Source: a bacterium (GTDB lineage Bacteria; UBA8248; JACPRG01; G963555815). Taken from it: a stretch of 64,000 bases of DNA. Numbering within the stretch: the first letter of the stretch is position 1; every line of letters starts with the position of its first letter. Location of the stretch: positions 320,001-384,000 of the forward strand of contig CBDHDG010000006.1 in assembly GCA_965261595.1 (NCBI GenBank). The letters are read 5' to 3'. The notes under the pieces were generated by a model. The model was given only the letters and a program-made list of their open reading frames with translations, searched no databases and had not been told where the DNA came from. Shown here piece by piece: positions 9,529 to 19,149 of this stretch. Made by a program: the position numbers and the translations under genes.

Positions 9529-10952
9529 CGCAACCCCAAGATCGAAAATACGCCTTGAAGAATCCCCAGCGCCCGGTCCGCGTCCGAGGCCGTCCAGAGG
9601 GTGACGGCCAACAGGAAGACCGGGGCGGCCAGCCAAACGGGACGGCCCCGGCACGCCAACGCCGTCTTCCACAGACCGGCCGCCGCCGCCAGGAGGAGAA
9701 AGGGCTCGAAGTACAGCCGGAAGCGGGGGTGCCCGTAGAACAGAAGGGTCATGGCGTTGCAATACAAGACCCCCACCCAGAGAAGCCCCGCGCCCGGGAT
9801 CGAGCGGCTCACCCACAGACCCAAGAGGGCATAAGGGAGGAGCAGGGCGTATCCCAGGAAGAACTCATCCCCAATTGGATTCCACAGCAGGACGAGCTTC
9901 CGGAACAGGAGCTTGGGAACCCGTCCGGGATGGCTCAAGAGGAAATCCCAGCCTTTGGCCATATCCGCCTTGTCCGCCTCGGCCTCCGACAAACCGGCCG
10001 TGGGATGCCGGGCCTCGATGGCGCGGACCTCGGGGGCGCGGGCGCGCATCCTCGCCGCGCGCTCGGCGAGGTAGGCCCGCTGCCGCCCACTGAGTCCGGG
10101 CCCGCGGTCCTGGTCCTGCGGGTTCACCGGAGCCCAGCCTCCACGCGCCGTGGGATTATTGGATTCCCAGAAGACGTGTCCCCCCTTCGTGCTGAAGACC
10201 GGCCGTCCGTGAATGAGATGGTTTCGGAGGACCCAGGGAGCGAGACAGGCCAAGAAGACGATGATCGTTACGCCGGTGCGCGCGCCGAGGGTCCGCCAAT
10301 TCCACCCGGAGAAGACCGCGAGATACCCCAGGACGAAAAAGGGGAGGAGAATCCCCAGACCCTTGGTGAAGGCGCACGCGGCCAGGACGAGTCCCAATCC
10401 CGCCGCGCGCCCCGCCGCCGCGCCCCGCTCCGGCGGGGTCTGAAGGAGGGCCGAGGTCCGCTCGACCGCCAGGACCACGGCCAGGATGAAAACCGTCTCG
10501 GTGAGGATAAACCCCGGCCCGTAATACCACAGGAACGCCGGGTAGACGGCGGCCAGAAGCCCGCCCAGGAGCGCCACGGGCTCCGGGAAAAACCTCCTTC
10601 CCAACCGGATCAGGAGCCAGACAGTCCACACGCCCAGAAGGGCCTGGAGAACCCTGACCGGGACAAACCAGCGGCCGAACACCCAATACGATCCGGCCAG
10701 GAGAACCGGATAAAGCGGCAGGCGGTCCGAGCGGCGAAGGGCGCCCTCGTGAAAGTTCTGGTATCCCTTGCCGGAGAGCAGGTTGACAGCGTATCCGTCG
10801 TATTCGATGCCGTCCGAGACGGGCGGCGCGTTTCCCGCTTCGAACACGACCCACAAACGCAGCCCCAGGGCGAGGACGAGAATGCCCAACAGAAGCCGCC
10901 GGTCGGACATCCGGGGCGGGGACGTTCCTATGCCGGGCGCGCCGTCTCTCAT
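9525..10952 (-). CDS. GT-C / ArnT (GT39-like) membrane glycosyltransferase
   Basis: SDGIEYD..A.NL..G.GY, RLPLYP, LTETVF, PWVLRN and HPRFRL motifs. Confidence 0.8.
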   Translation of the reverse strand: MRDGAPGIGTSPPRMSDRRLLLGILVLALGLRLWVVFEAGNAPPVSDGIEYDGYAVNLLSGKGYQNFHEGALRRSDRLPLYPVLLAGSYWVFGRWFVPVRVLQALLGVWTVWLLIRLGRRFFPEPVALLGGLLAAVYPAFLWYYGPGFILTETVFILAVVLAVERTSALLQTPPERGAAAGRAAGLGLVLAACAFTKGLGILLPFFVLGYLAVFSGWNWRTLGARTGVTIIVFLACLAPWVLRNHLIHGRPVFSTKGGHVFWESNNPTARGGWAPVNPQDQDRGPGLSGRQRAYLAERAARMRARAPEVRAIEARHPTAGLSEAEADKADMAKGWDFLLSHPGRVPKLLFRKLVLLWNPIGDEFFLGYALLLPYALLGLWVSRSIPGAGLLWVGVLYCNAMTLLFYGHPRFRLYFEPFLLLAAAAGLWKTALACRGRPVWLAAPVFLLAVTLWTASDADRALGILQGVFSILGLR

Positions 10953-11001
10953 AACGGGCGCGGCATTTCAATCGGAAGGGGACGGCGCGAGGAGGTCGGT
11001 T

Positions 11002-12051
11002 TCAGAAGATTTTTTCCAGCATTCCGCGGTTCTCCACCACCCAGGCGTGCAGTTTGCGGACGCCCTCGCCGGCGCCCGCCTTCGGCTTCCAACCCAGCTT
11101 CCGCTCGGCGAGCGTGATGTCGCTGACGAACACCCGCTGGTCGCCCGACCGCCAGTCGTCGAAGGAACGCTCGACGTCCGCACCGTTCAGGGCCTTCAGC
11201 ATCTCCAGGAGATCCAGGAGCGAGAGGACGTTCTCCGGCCCTCCGCCGAAGTTGTAGATCCCGCCCGAGACGCGGTCCGGGTGGTCAACGGCGAGGACAT
11301 AGGCGTCCACCAGGTCGTCGATGAACAGGAGGTCGCGCACCTGCTTTCCGTCTCCGTAGAGGACGATGGGCTTTCCCAGGACCGCCGCGATCGTGAACCA
11401 GGCCACCCACCCCTGGTCTTCCACGCCCAGTTGGCGGTAACCGTAAATGCAGGACTGACGAAAGACGGCGGTTTTCAGGCCGTAGATTCGCGCGTAATCC
11501 CGCACGTACTGATCGGCCGCCCCCTTGGAGCAGCCATACGGGGAGTGGAAATCCAGGGTCCGGGATTCAGGGACGCCGCCCGGCAGATCCTCGTAAGCGT
11601 AGCGGCCGTTTCTCTCGACGACGGCCACGTCCTCCATGCCGCCATAAACCTTGTTGGTGGAGGCGTAGACCATGATGGGGTCGGACGGCGCCTGGCGGAC
11701 GGCTTCCAGAACGTTGAAAGTCCCCAGGGCGTTGATGTCGAAGTCCGATCTCGGATCGGTGACCGACGTGGTGACGGCCACCTGGGCGGCCAGGTGGAGA
11801 ACGGCGTCCAGATCGCGGTCACGGCCGATCGCCTCGCGCATGGCCCCGGCGTCCCGGATGTCCGCCTGGATGAAGTCGAAGCCCCCCCCTCCCCCTCCCC
11901 CCCCCTGTTCTTTCAGCCAGGCCAGGTTGATGTCCGTCCCCTTGCGGGAAAGGTTGTCCACCACAACGACCCGGTCGCCCCGGTCCATGAACCGCTTCGC
12001 GGCGTTGCAGCCGATGAACCCGGCGCCTCCGGTAATCAAGATCCGGCTCAA
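11002..12051 (-). CDS. NAD-dependent epimerase, CDP-paratose 2-epimerase (RfbE)-like
   Basis: TGGAGFIG, HLAAQVAVTTS, STNKVYG, YGCSKG and RQSCIYG..EDQGWVAWF motifs. Confidence 0.9.
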   Translation of the reverse strand: MSRILITGGAGFIGCNAAKRFMDRGDRVVVVDNLSRKGTDINLAWLKEQGGGGGGGGFDFIQADIRDAGAMREAIGRDRDLDAVLHLAAQVAVTTSVTDPRSDFDINALGTFNVLEAVRQAPSDPIMVYASTNKVYGGMEDVAVVERNGRYAYEDLPGGVPESRTLDFHSPYGCSKGAADQYVRDYARIYGLKTAVFRQSCIYGYRQLGVEDQGWVAWFTIAAVLGKPIVLYGDGKQVRDLLFIDDLVDAYVLAVDHPDRVSGGIYNFGGGPENVLSLLDLLEMLKALNGADVERSFDDWRSGDQRVFVSDITLAERKLGWKPKAGAGEGVRKLHAWVVENRGMLEKIF

Positions 12052-12129
12052 GGGGAAATCCTCAGGATTCGCATGTCGGTCCGTGCCGCTTCCACCCGGG
12101 AAACGGCGGAAAACTCTACTGGCCGCTGT

Positions 12130-13434
12130 CTAGACCCTCGTCCTTCGGGTGTCCATTTCCGGGGCGAATTCCTTGGAAGCTCCGTCTTCGGCTGCCGAGA
12201 TAAACGGAAGCGCCATGAGGAAATAGACCATCATCACGACTTCGGAATCTCCGAAATTGTATTCGAACAGACCGGCGGTCAGAAACGCCGCCACCGCGGC
12301 GAGCCCCGCCGCGGCGATCTCCGCCCGGGGGGTCCTCCCCTCCCGCCGGATCGTCCTTCTGAGCGCTCCGCCGCCCCACCGGAAGAAGGCCGCCCAGATC
12401 CAGATCCACACCGCCAAGGCGGGGAGTCCGCGCTCGGCCCCCAAATGCACCGGGTTGGAGTGCAGGTGTCCGGTTCGGGCCTTGACGGCGCCTTCCACCC
12501 TGAAGCGGGGGTACGTCCGCCCAACCATGTCCACGCCCACGCCGAGGAAGGGATGCGCCCGCATCATCCGGAGGCCGGCCTTCCACATCCGCAGCCGCTC
12601 GCCCGAAGCCTCCTCGTCGAACCGGACGGTCAGGAGAAGCCGCTCCTTCAGGTCCGCCGGTCCCACGACGTAAAGTCCGACCGCCAGGACGGGCAAAAGC
12701 ACGAGCCACCGGGCCCGTCCGTGCAGGGCCAACAGTACCGCAACACCCGCCGCCAGGCCAATCCACGCCCCCCGGGTCAGAGAAACGAGGAGCCCGAATA
12801 TCAGAACGGCCGACGTCACGACGCCGAAAATTCTCTCCGGCCGGGAGACCCCCCGCCCCACCGCCAAAGACAGCGCCGGCAAGGTCGCCAGGAGCAGGAC
12901 GCCCGAAAAGGTCTGGACGTGGCTCAAGATCCCCTGAGGCCTCCGGGCCAGCGGCCTCCCTTCCGCGAGAAAGAACTGGGCCACCCCGAGGATGGCCGTC
13001 GCCGCCGCGACGAGGACGAACAGGTGAAGGAGCCTTCGAGCCCACGAGACGTCGGGCGCGGCCCTCAACGCCCAGTAGAGAATCAGGATCTGAACAATCT
13101 GCTTGGAATCCACCAGACTGCGCGGAACCTGCTCGGAGAACAGGGCCGAGAGAACCGTCAAGAGCGCGAAACACAGGAACGGAATCCATAACGGAAATCC
13201 ATCGGAGCCCCTCCGCGCGCCCCCCTCCCCCCCCCTTCTCTCCAGCGTCCACCCAACCGCCCCTGAGAGGACCCCGACGGCCACGCAGATCTGCGAGAGG
13301 GTGATCGAGATTGGGTCCAGCGCCACAAACCCCACCAGCGCCCAGCGGGTGAGCCGACGGCTCCACGCCAGGGAACCGCCCCTCGGGGCGGCGCGCCCCG
13401 CCGCATCCTCTTTCACAGAACCCGCCGTCATCAT
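12130..13434 (-). CDS. O-antigen ligase family protein
   Basis: SLTRGAW, RLRMW..G..M...HPFLGVG and HLHSN..AERGL motifs. Confidence 0.85.
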   Translation of the reverse strand: MMTAGSVKEDAAGRAAPRGGSLAWSRRLTRWALVGFVALDPISITLSQICVAVGVLSGAVGWTLERRGGEGGARRGSDGFPLWIPFLCFALLTVLSALFSEQVPRSLVDSKQIVQILILYWALRAAPDVSWARRLLHLFVLVAAATAILGVAQFFLAEGRPLARRPQGILSHVQTFSGVLLLATLPALSLAVGRGVSRPERIFGVVTSAVLIFGLLVSLTRGAWIGLAAGVAVLLALHGRARWLVLLPVLAVGLYVVGPADLKERLLLTVRFDEEASGERLRMWKAGLRMMRAHPFLGVGVDMVGRTYPRFRVEGAVKARTGHLHSNPVHLGAERGLPALAVWIWIWAAFFRWGGGALRRTIRREGRTPRAEIAAAGLAAVAAFLTAGLFEYNFGDSEVVMMVYFLMALPFISAAEDGASKEFAPEMDTRRTRV

Positions 13435-13453
13435 TCTCCCTGACCTGGATCCC

Positions 13454-14596
13454 TCAGTCCGGCCGGCCGGCGATCCGCTTCAGGACCTCCCGCGCCTTCC
13501 CGACCGAAACGGTCCAATTGTATTCGTTTTCGACCCGCCGGCGTCCGGCCTCGCCCATTGATTTTCTCAGGGCCGGATCCGCCAGGAGCCGGAGAACGGC
13601 CTCGGCCAGGGCGTCCGGGGAATCGGCGTCCACAACGAAGCCCGTCACACCGTCTTCCACGGTCTCGGGGGCGCCGCCGGATCGGCCGACGACGACGGGC
13701 TTTCCACAGGCCGCGGCCTCGAGGAAGGCAATCCCGAACGCCTCCACGTCGCCCGTCGCCGGGTCGGAAACGCTCGGCCCGATAAAAACGTCGCAGGCAT
13801 TGTAATACGCGTGAGGCGGCCGGCCCCACCGCTCAAACGAAACCGGGGGGATCCACTGGACGTGGTCCTCGACGCCCAGCTCGCGTGAGAGCGCCTTCCA
13901 TTTCCCCTCTTCCGGACCCTCCCCGACCAACACGTATCTGGCGTCCGGCGCTTTCGAGAGAACGGCCGGCAGGGCGCGAATCATGCGGTCGAAGCCTTTC
14001 ACGGCCCAAAACCGGCCGGCGGAGAGAATCACCGCTCCCGCCGGACGCCCCCCCCCCCCCGGTTGATCCCCGGCCAGGACCGCCGGAGGGGTGTCGGGGG
14101 AATACTTGTCCAGGGCCGCCCCGTGGAGAACCGTGTGAAGGATCTCCCGCCGGACGCCCAGGTCCAGGAGGCGGCCTTCGGCGTATCGGCTGACGGCGAA
14201 GACGGCGTCGGCGGCGTTGACCTGCGCGATGATCCTCGCCAGGTCCCGGCGGCCGTAGAGCTCGTTCCCGTGAAGGGTCAGGGCGACGGGGATTCCCCGG
14301 GCCCGTTTCGCCGCGAGGGCCCAGGTGAGAAAATCCGCCCGGTGGGTCACGAACAGGACGTCCGGCCGCTTCCGGACGCAACTCCTGAAACGCGCCCGGA
14401 GGAGGGGCTTCGCGTACGCCCGGCGAACCGGGCCTGAGCGGATCTCCCCGTCCCCCGCCCAATGCCGCACCCTGGAGCGGGCCAGAACCGTGACCCGCTC
14501 GCCCAGGCGGTCCAGCCCCCGGGCCATCTCGAAGGCGTAGGTCTCGACGCCCCCGGGGACGGGGGGATATGCGCCGGCCGTGAGGAGGATGTTCAA
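13454..14596 (-). CDS. Glycosyltransferase family 4
   Basis: YPPVPGGVE, AGRFWAVKG and EAFGIAFLEAAACGKPVV motifs. Confidence 0.9.
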   Translation of the reverse strand: MNILLTAGAYPPVPGGVETYAFEMARGLDRLGERVTVLARSRVRHWAGDGEIRSGPVRRAYAKPLLRARFRSCVRKRPDVLFVTHRADFLTWALAAKRARGIPVALTLHGNELYGRRDLARIIAQVNAADAVFAVSRYAEGRLLDLGVRREILHTVLHGAALDKYSPDTPPAVLAGDQPGGGGRPAGAVILSAGRFWAVKGFDRMIRALPAVLSKAPDARYVLVGEGPEEGKWKALSRELGVEDHVQWIPPVSFERWGRPPHAYYNACDVFIGPSVSDPATGDVEAFGIAFLEAAACGKPVVVGRSGGAPETVEDGVTGFVVDADSPDALAEAVLRLLADPALRKSMGEAGRRRVENEYNWTVSVGKAREVLKRIAGRPD

Positions 14597-14838
14597 CTCA
14601 GGTGTCCACTTGAGGATGGGTGGTCGGGTTCATGGCCGCTCCGATCAAACGCCACGACACCGTCTTTCCGCATCATAAGGCCTTTCAGAGATTTCAGGCG
14701 CGCCCCGCGAGCCTCCGTCATCCCGGAACCCGTCCGAACCCCCGGGGCCGGGACGCGCTCCATCCCGATGGAAGCGTGAAGGATAGCGGGTTTGGAGGAA
14801 CGAGCGGCGGAGGCCGGGCGGCCCGCTCCGCCGCAAGC

Positions 14839-15720
14839 TTATTGAAAGGAATGCGATTGGGTGGGGAATTCTCCGGCCGCCACTTCGTCCACGTACCGGG
14901 AGACCGCCTCTTTGACCTGCTCGCCCAGGGGCGCGTAGACCTTGGCGAACTTGGGCGTGAAATCCTCATACAGACCGAGCATGTCCTGGAGGACGAGGAC
15001 TTGGCCGTCGCAGTGCGGACCCGCGCCGATGCCGATGGTCGGGACGTGAACCGCCTCGGTGATCTTCCTCCCGAGCTCCAGCGGGATGCTTTCCAGGACG
15101 ATCGAAAACGCCCCCGCTTCGGCCACCGCCAGGGCGTCCTCGAAGACCTGTTCACCATCCCGCCCCCGGCCCTGGACCTTGAACCCCCCGAACCGGTGAA
15201 CCGCCTGGGGCGTGAGTCCGACATGCCCCATGACGGGAATGTTCGCCCCGACCAGGGAGCGGATGGTGTCGGCGACCCGCACCCCCCCTTCGAGCTTCAC
15301 GGCCTCGGCCCCCGCCTCCTGGAGGAACCGGCCGGCGTTGGCCAACGCGCGATCGACGCCCCCGTCATACGACAGGAAGGGCATGTCCGCGACCAAGAGC
15401 GCCCGGAGGCCCGCCCGGGAGACGGACAGGGTGTGATGGAGCATGGCTTCCATGCCGACGCCGATGGTGTTGGGCAGTCCCATCATCACCATGCCCAGGG
15501 AATCGCCGACCAGGACGACGTCTACGCCGGCCGCGTCCACCAGCCGGGCGAAGGTGTAATCATAGGCCGTGACGGCGGCGATCTTTCGGCCGCCGCCGTT
15601 TTCCCCGGCCTTCCCGCCGGTTGAAGCCCCCCGCGCCGTCCAGCCCGGGGCGCCGGGCTCGCGCGCCTGCTTTCGAAGAAGGATGTCGGCGGCCGTGACC
15701 TTGCGTCTGGCGGTCTCCAC
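14839..15720 (-). CDS. panB: 3-methyl-2-oxobutanoate hydroxymethyltransferase
   Basis: TAYDY, LVGDSLGM, ADMPF, VKLEGG, GHVGLTPQ and IGIGAG..CDGQVLV motifs; GTG start at 15720. Confidence 0.95.
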   Translation of the reverse strand: METARRKVTAADILLRKQAREPGAPGWTARGASTGGKAGENGGGRKIAAVTAYDYTFARLVDAAGVDVVLVGDSLGMVMMGLPNTIGVGMEAMLHHTLSVSRAGLRALLVADMPFLSYDGGVDRALANAGRFLQEAGAEAVKLEGGVRVADTIRSLVGANIPVMGHVGLTPQAVHRFGGFKVQGRGRDGEQVFEDALAVAEAGAFSIVLESIPLELGRKITEAVHVPTIGIGAGPHCDGQVLVLQDMLGLYEDFTPKFAKVYAPLGEQVKEAVSRYVDEVAAGEFPTQSHSFQ

Positions 15721-15733
15721 GATGTCACCCCCC

Positions 15734-15767
15734 AAAAAAAAAGACCCCGGAACACAGTCCGGGGATC
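15734..15767 (-). terminator. Intrinsic terminator/attenuator in panB leader
   Basis: Minus strand gatccccggactgtgttccggggtc followed by T9, ending about 13 nt before the panB start. Confidence 0.75.
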
Positions 15768-15844
15768 TCCCCTTGGAGAAGGTCTTCGGTCCGCCGGGCG
15801 GGCATGCAACCCCGCCCTCCGACTTTACCTTCTCGTTCACCATG

Positions 15845-15880
15845 CTCCGTCTCAGTCCCGAATCGGGATCCAAGCGGTAT
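15845..15880 (-). ncRNA. pan RNA motif-like hairpin
   Basis: Minus strand ACCGCTTGGATCCCGATTCGGGACTGAGACGG, a bulged hairpin upstream of panB resembling the pan motif as I recall it. Confidence 0.7.
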
Positions 15881-16120
15881 GTGCTTATGAACATAGCGCC
15901 CGAGGCTTGAGGCGTCAACACCCGCGCGTCTTCAGTGATCTCCGGTTTTCATCGGCCGTGCGGGGCACTTGCGTGCCGGCCAGGTTGCGGATGGAGGGGG
16001 GTGTGCTTATGACAACCTCTTCTGGCGCACGGTGGTCCGATTATCTGTCAACGTTTGTCCGGGAGAAGGGCCTTCGGCGCACACGGGGGTCGGATTGATT
16101 GGGACCGATCTGAATCACTT

Positions 16121-16148
16121 CTGGATTCCCGCCTGCGCGGGAATGACA
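16121..16148 (-). repeat. REP palindrome (gtcattcccgcgcaggcgggaatccag)
   Basis: ttcccgc-N4-gcgggaa hairpin 9 bp from the left TIR of the Y1 element. Confidence 0.75.
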
Positions 16149-16157
16149 ATCGGGGGG

Positions 16158-16906
16158 AATTAAGGGGACACCATACTTATTTATGCTTGTGCCCCCTTTT
16201 TGGTCCCGGCTTCCGCCGTTTCAGGACACGCCCCAATCCCTCCTCAAGCTTTTCAACAAAACCGTCATTTCCCAAGGGTCTGCCTGTCCTCTCATGTCGT
16301 CGTATCCTCTTGATCTCCTCCTCGCATACGCCACCCTGAAGAAAATCCCTCCAATTCCCCACCATTTCAAGCAGGGGCTTGACTTCAACCAGATCGTTGC
16401 TTCTGCCTGAGATATGCGCCGCTGCGCTGCTCCATGGATAAGCCCCCGGGTCCTTCACCATCCCAGCCCGCACCGGATTGAGTTCCACGTACCGTGTCGC
16501 CGCCAAAAGACGCCGCTCATCCAGTGGAAAGGAGGCAAACCGCCCTTGCCATAGATGCCCCCGCCATCCTTCACGAAAGTTGACCTGATGGGTGTAACGC
16601 CGGTGAGCTTCCCCGATCGCTCGCCTCAAGCCCTCCTCGGATTGCGGAACCACGATCAGATGCACGTGGTTAGGCATCAGGCAATAGGCCCAGACCTGCA
16701 CGGTCCGGCGAGAGCACCACGCAGACATCAAACGCATGTATTCCTCATAATCTCCTTCAGAAAAAAAAGTCTCCTGCCTGCGATTTCCCCGCTGAGTGAC
16801 GTGATGGGGTAAGCCCGGCGCCACGACCCGTGCGATTCGTGCCATCCACCGACACTATGGAGGAGCAAGACAAAAGTCAAGAATTAAGTATGGTGTCCCC
16901 TTAATT
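16158..16906 (-). mobile_element. TIR-flanked Y1/RAYT-like (TIRYT-type) element
   Basis: Perfect 22-bp inverted repeats aattaaggggacaccatactta (16158-16179 and 16885-16906) around an HUH transposase. Confidence 0.85.
16177..16845 (-). CDS. REP-associated tyrosine transposase-like HUH (Y1) protein
   Basis: HHVTQRGNRR, YCLMPNHVH, LWQGRF and YVELNPVRAG..YPWSS motifs. Confidence 0.9.
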   Translation of the reverse strand: MARIARVVAPGLPHHVTQRGNRRQETFFSEGDYEEYMRLMSAWCSRRTVQVWAYCLMPNHVHLIVVPQSEEGLRRAIGEAHRRYTHQVNFREGWRGHLWQGRFASFPLDERRLLAATRYVELNPVRAGMVKDPGAYPWSSAAAHISGRSNDLVEVKPLLEMVGNWRDFLQGGVCEEEIKRIRRHERTGRPLGNDGFVEKLEEGLGRVLKRRKPGPKRGHKHK

Positions 16907-18657
16907 ACCTGAAACCGGTCCAGGTTGAGCGAGAATCCTCGCCTTAACCCGAAGCGGTGAGAACCCCGCCCCCTTGACCGCCGCAAAGGGCGAAAGGGTA
17001 TAGGCTAACATTAAGGAGCCTTGGCGCAGCGGAAACCCACGATGCTGAACCTGAAGTCGGGATGGAAACTGAGCCGGAGGGCCGCGCGGAACTTCGCCGG
17101 ATTGCCGTAGTACCACGAGCCGCCAAGAACCACGCGACTGCTGCCCGAGGCAGGACCCTTCGGATTATGGGAGGGCGCGTTTTGGTAGTAGTCCTTTGCG
17201 TACCGATCCGAACCCACTCCCACGTGTTCCCCGACATGTCCACAGCCCCATAAGGGCTCCGGTGGGTGTTGTACGTCCGATCCACGGGGTGAGTCTTAGC
17301 ACCGCTGTTCTTATCCCAGATGACCTTCGATCCGTCCCACTGATTCCCCCAGGGGTACTTCCGCCCGTCAACCCCACGGGCCGCTTTCTCCCACTCCGCC
17401 TCCGTCGGTAAACGCTTACCCACTGAACGACAATAATCACGCGCCTGATTCCACGTCACGCCCACGACAGGCTGACGGGCACCGTTCAACTTCGAGCCTT
17501 GATCATTCTTCGGCGTTCCGAACCTCCGGAACCGGACGTTCGTCACCGGATACTTGTCGAAGTAAAAGGCATCCAGGTACACCCGCCGCTGGGGTTTCTC
17601 GCGATTCTCCCCGCGATTGCTCCCCATGATGAACCAGCCCAAAGGGACCTTGACCATCGTGTCCAGGCCGCTGCCGATCTGTTGGGGAGTGCCGGGGCCA
17701 ACGGCCACTTTCTGGCGCTTAGGCGGCCGGGACAGGGGAGGCACCCCTATATCTTTCTTCAGTGCGGCGATGCGTTTTTTCGCCGCCTCGATCCGTCTGC
17801 GCTTCGCTTCGAGGCTCTTCTGCTCGGCCTCCAGCCGCTCCCGCTCCAGGCGGGTCTCCTCGGCGTCGAGCTTCCTTCGCTCTGCTTCCAGCTTCGCTCG
17901 CATCCGGGTCAGGTCGGTCTCGGGTGATTCCCTCAAACCTCCCATCCCCTGTGCGGTAAACACGAACTGCCCCACGCCGTCCATCGTCCCGAAAAAGGGC
18001 GTCTGCCGGCTGCTGGACGAGGCGATCACCCGCCCCTGGACGAACGCCGCCACCTCCATCGCCGTGAGGACGCCGTCCCGGGGAGAATTGTCCGCCTCGC
18101 CCTCCATCGCCTCCAGGAGCCGCCGGGTGAACAGGCCGTGGCCCCCTTCCTCCAGGACCGGCTGGTCCCGCTCGCCCGCCGTGAGGATCTGCCGCAGGCG
18201 GCCCCGGGTCAGGTAAGCCGCGTCCACGCGCTTTTCCGCCCGAGGCACGCTCCGCGCGGCCAATAGCCCCGAGAAGCAGGCGTCCACGGCGAAGAAGACG
18301 TGCTTCGTCTTGAGAAGCGCCGCCAGGTCCTTCACCTCGCTCATCGGAATGGCCGTCCCAAGGATGTTCGCCGGGTCGGCCTCGACCGGAAGCAGGTATC
18401 CCATCGCCCCGCCCCCCGGACGGTCGAGCGTCAAACCGTGCGCCGCGACAAAGATGAATACCCGGTCTTGCCCCCCCGTCCTTGTAATTAGCGTGTTGAA
18501 CGCCGTCCGGATGGCCCGGGCCGTGGCCCCCTCATCCAGAAGCGTGATGATCCCAGATATTCCATATGGATCATAACTTTTGTCGGACCGGAGGACATTT
18601 TCTGGAGTAAAATCAATGCATGAGCCTCCCCGAGCCATCCTCTCGCGGGGTAATCCA

Positions 18658-18922
18658 ATGGGTGAAGCGAAAAAGTGGGCGTTGAAGGTCCGTTTTGAGC
18701 GTCGGCTGAGGCTTGAGTTTCACGGAACCAGAATGACTTCGGATGCGGGATTGCTGGCCTGCCGAGAGGGATCAAGCACTGGTCGTTACGCGGCCTTCAG
18801 CTTAAGCTCCTCAAAATGGGCGGCCGGCTCGTGCGGTACGCCCGCCACATCACCTTCCAGTTGGCCGAGGTCGGTGTATCCAGGAAGACATTTGCCCTTA
18901 TCTTGGAGAGAATCAAGCGATG
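18658..18922 (+). pseudogene. Internally deleted IS1380-family transposase
   Basis: MGEAKK..LRLEFHG..TSDAGLL joined directly to the C-terminal WSLRGLQLKLLKMGGRLVRYARHITFQLAEV. Confidence 0.85.
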
Positions 18923-19149
18923 ATGCCCGGTGCCTGTCTAGCGACCCTAAGCGGAGTCCACACAAGGGCAAAATGACGAAGACTCCAAACCTGGTGGTCA
19001 AGCCCGTTTACACGCCGGCGCTGACATGGTTTTCCAATGGCGGATACCGCTCCGATCAGGGTTTCAGGCGCCCGAAATGGTGTTGACAGCCCCGGTAAAG
19101 AGGTGGACCGCCCCTGGGTTATTGGACACTCGGGTGAGGGTATTCGACC

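Noticed and set aside
10768..13191. 807-aa plus-strand ORF and many similar long antisense ORFs (e.g. 41551-43833, 27839-29458, 7729-9558)
   Set aside because: Stop-poor shadow frames opposite well-supported genes in high-GC DNA
15721..15921. N-terminal extension of PanB in the ORF track
   Set aside because: The region is the RNA leader and terminator; GTG at 15720 is preceded by an RBS-like sequence
17011..17600. Diversity-generating retroelement target
   Set aside because: No reverse transcriptase or template repeat in the window
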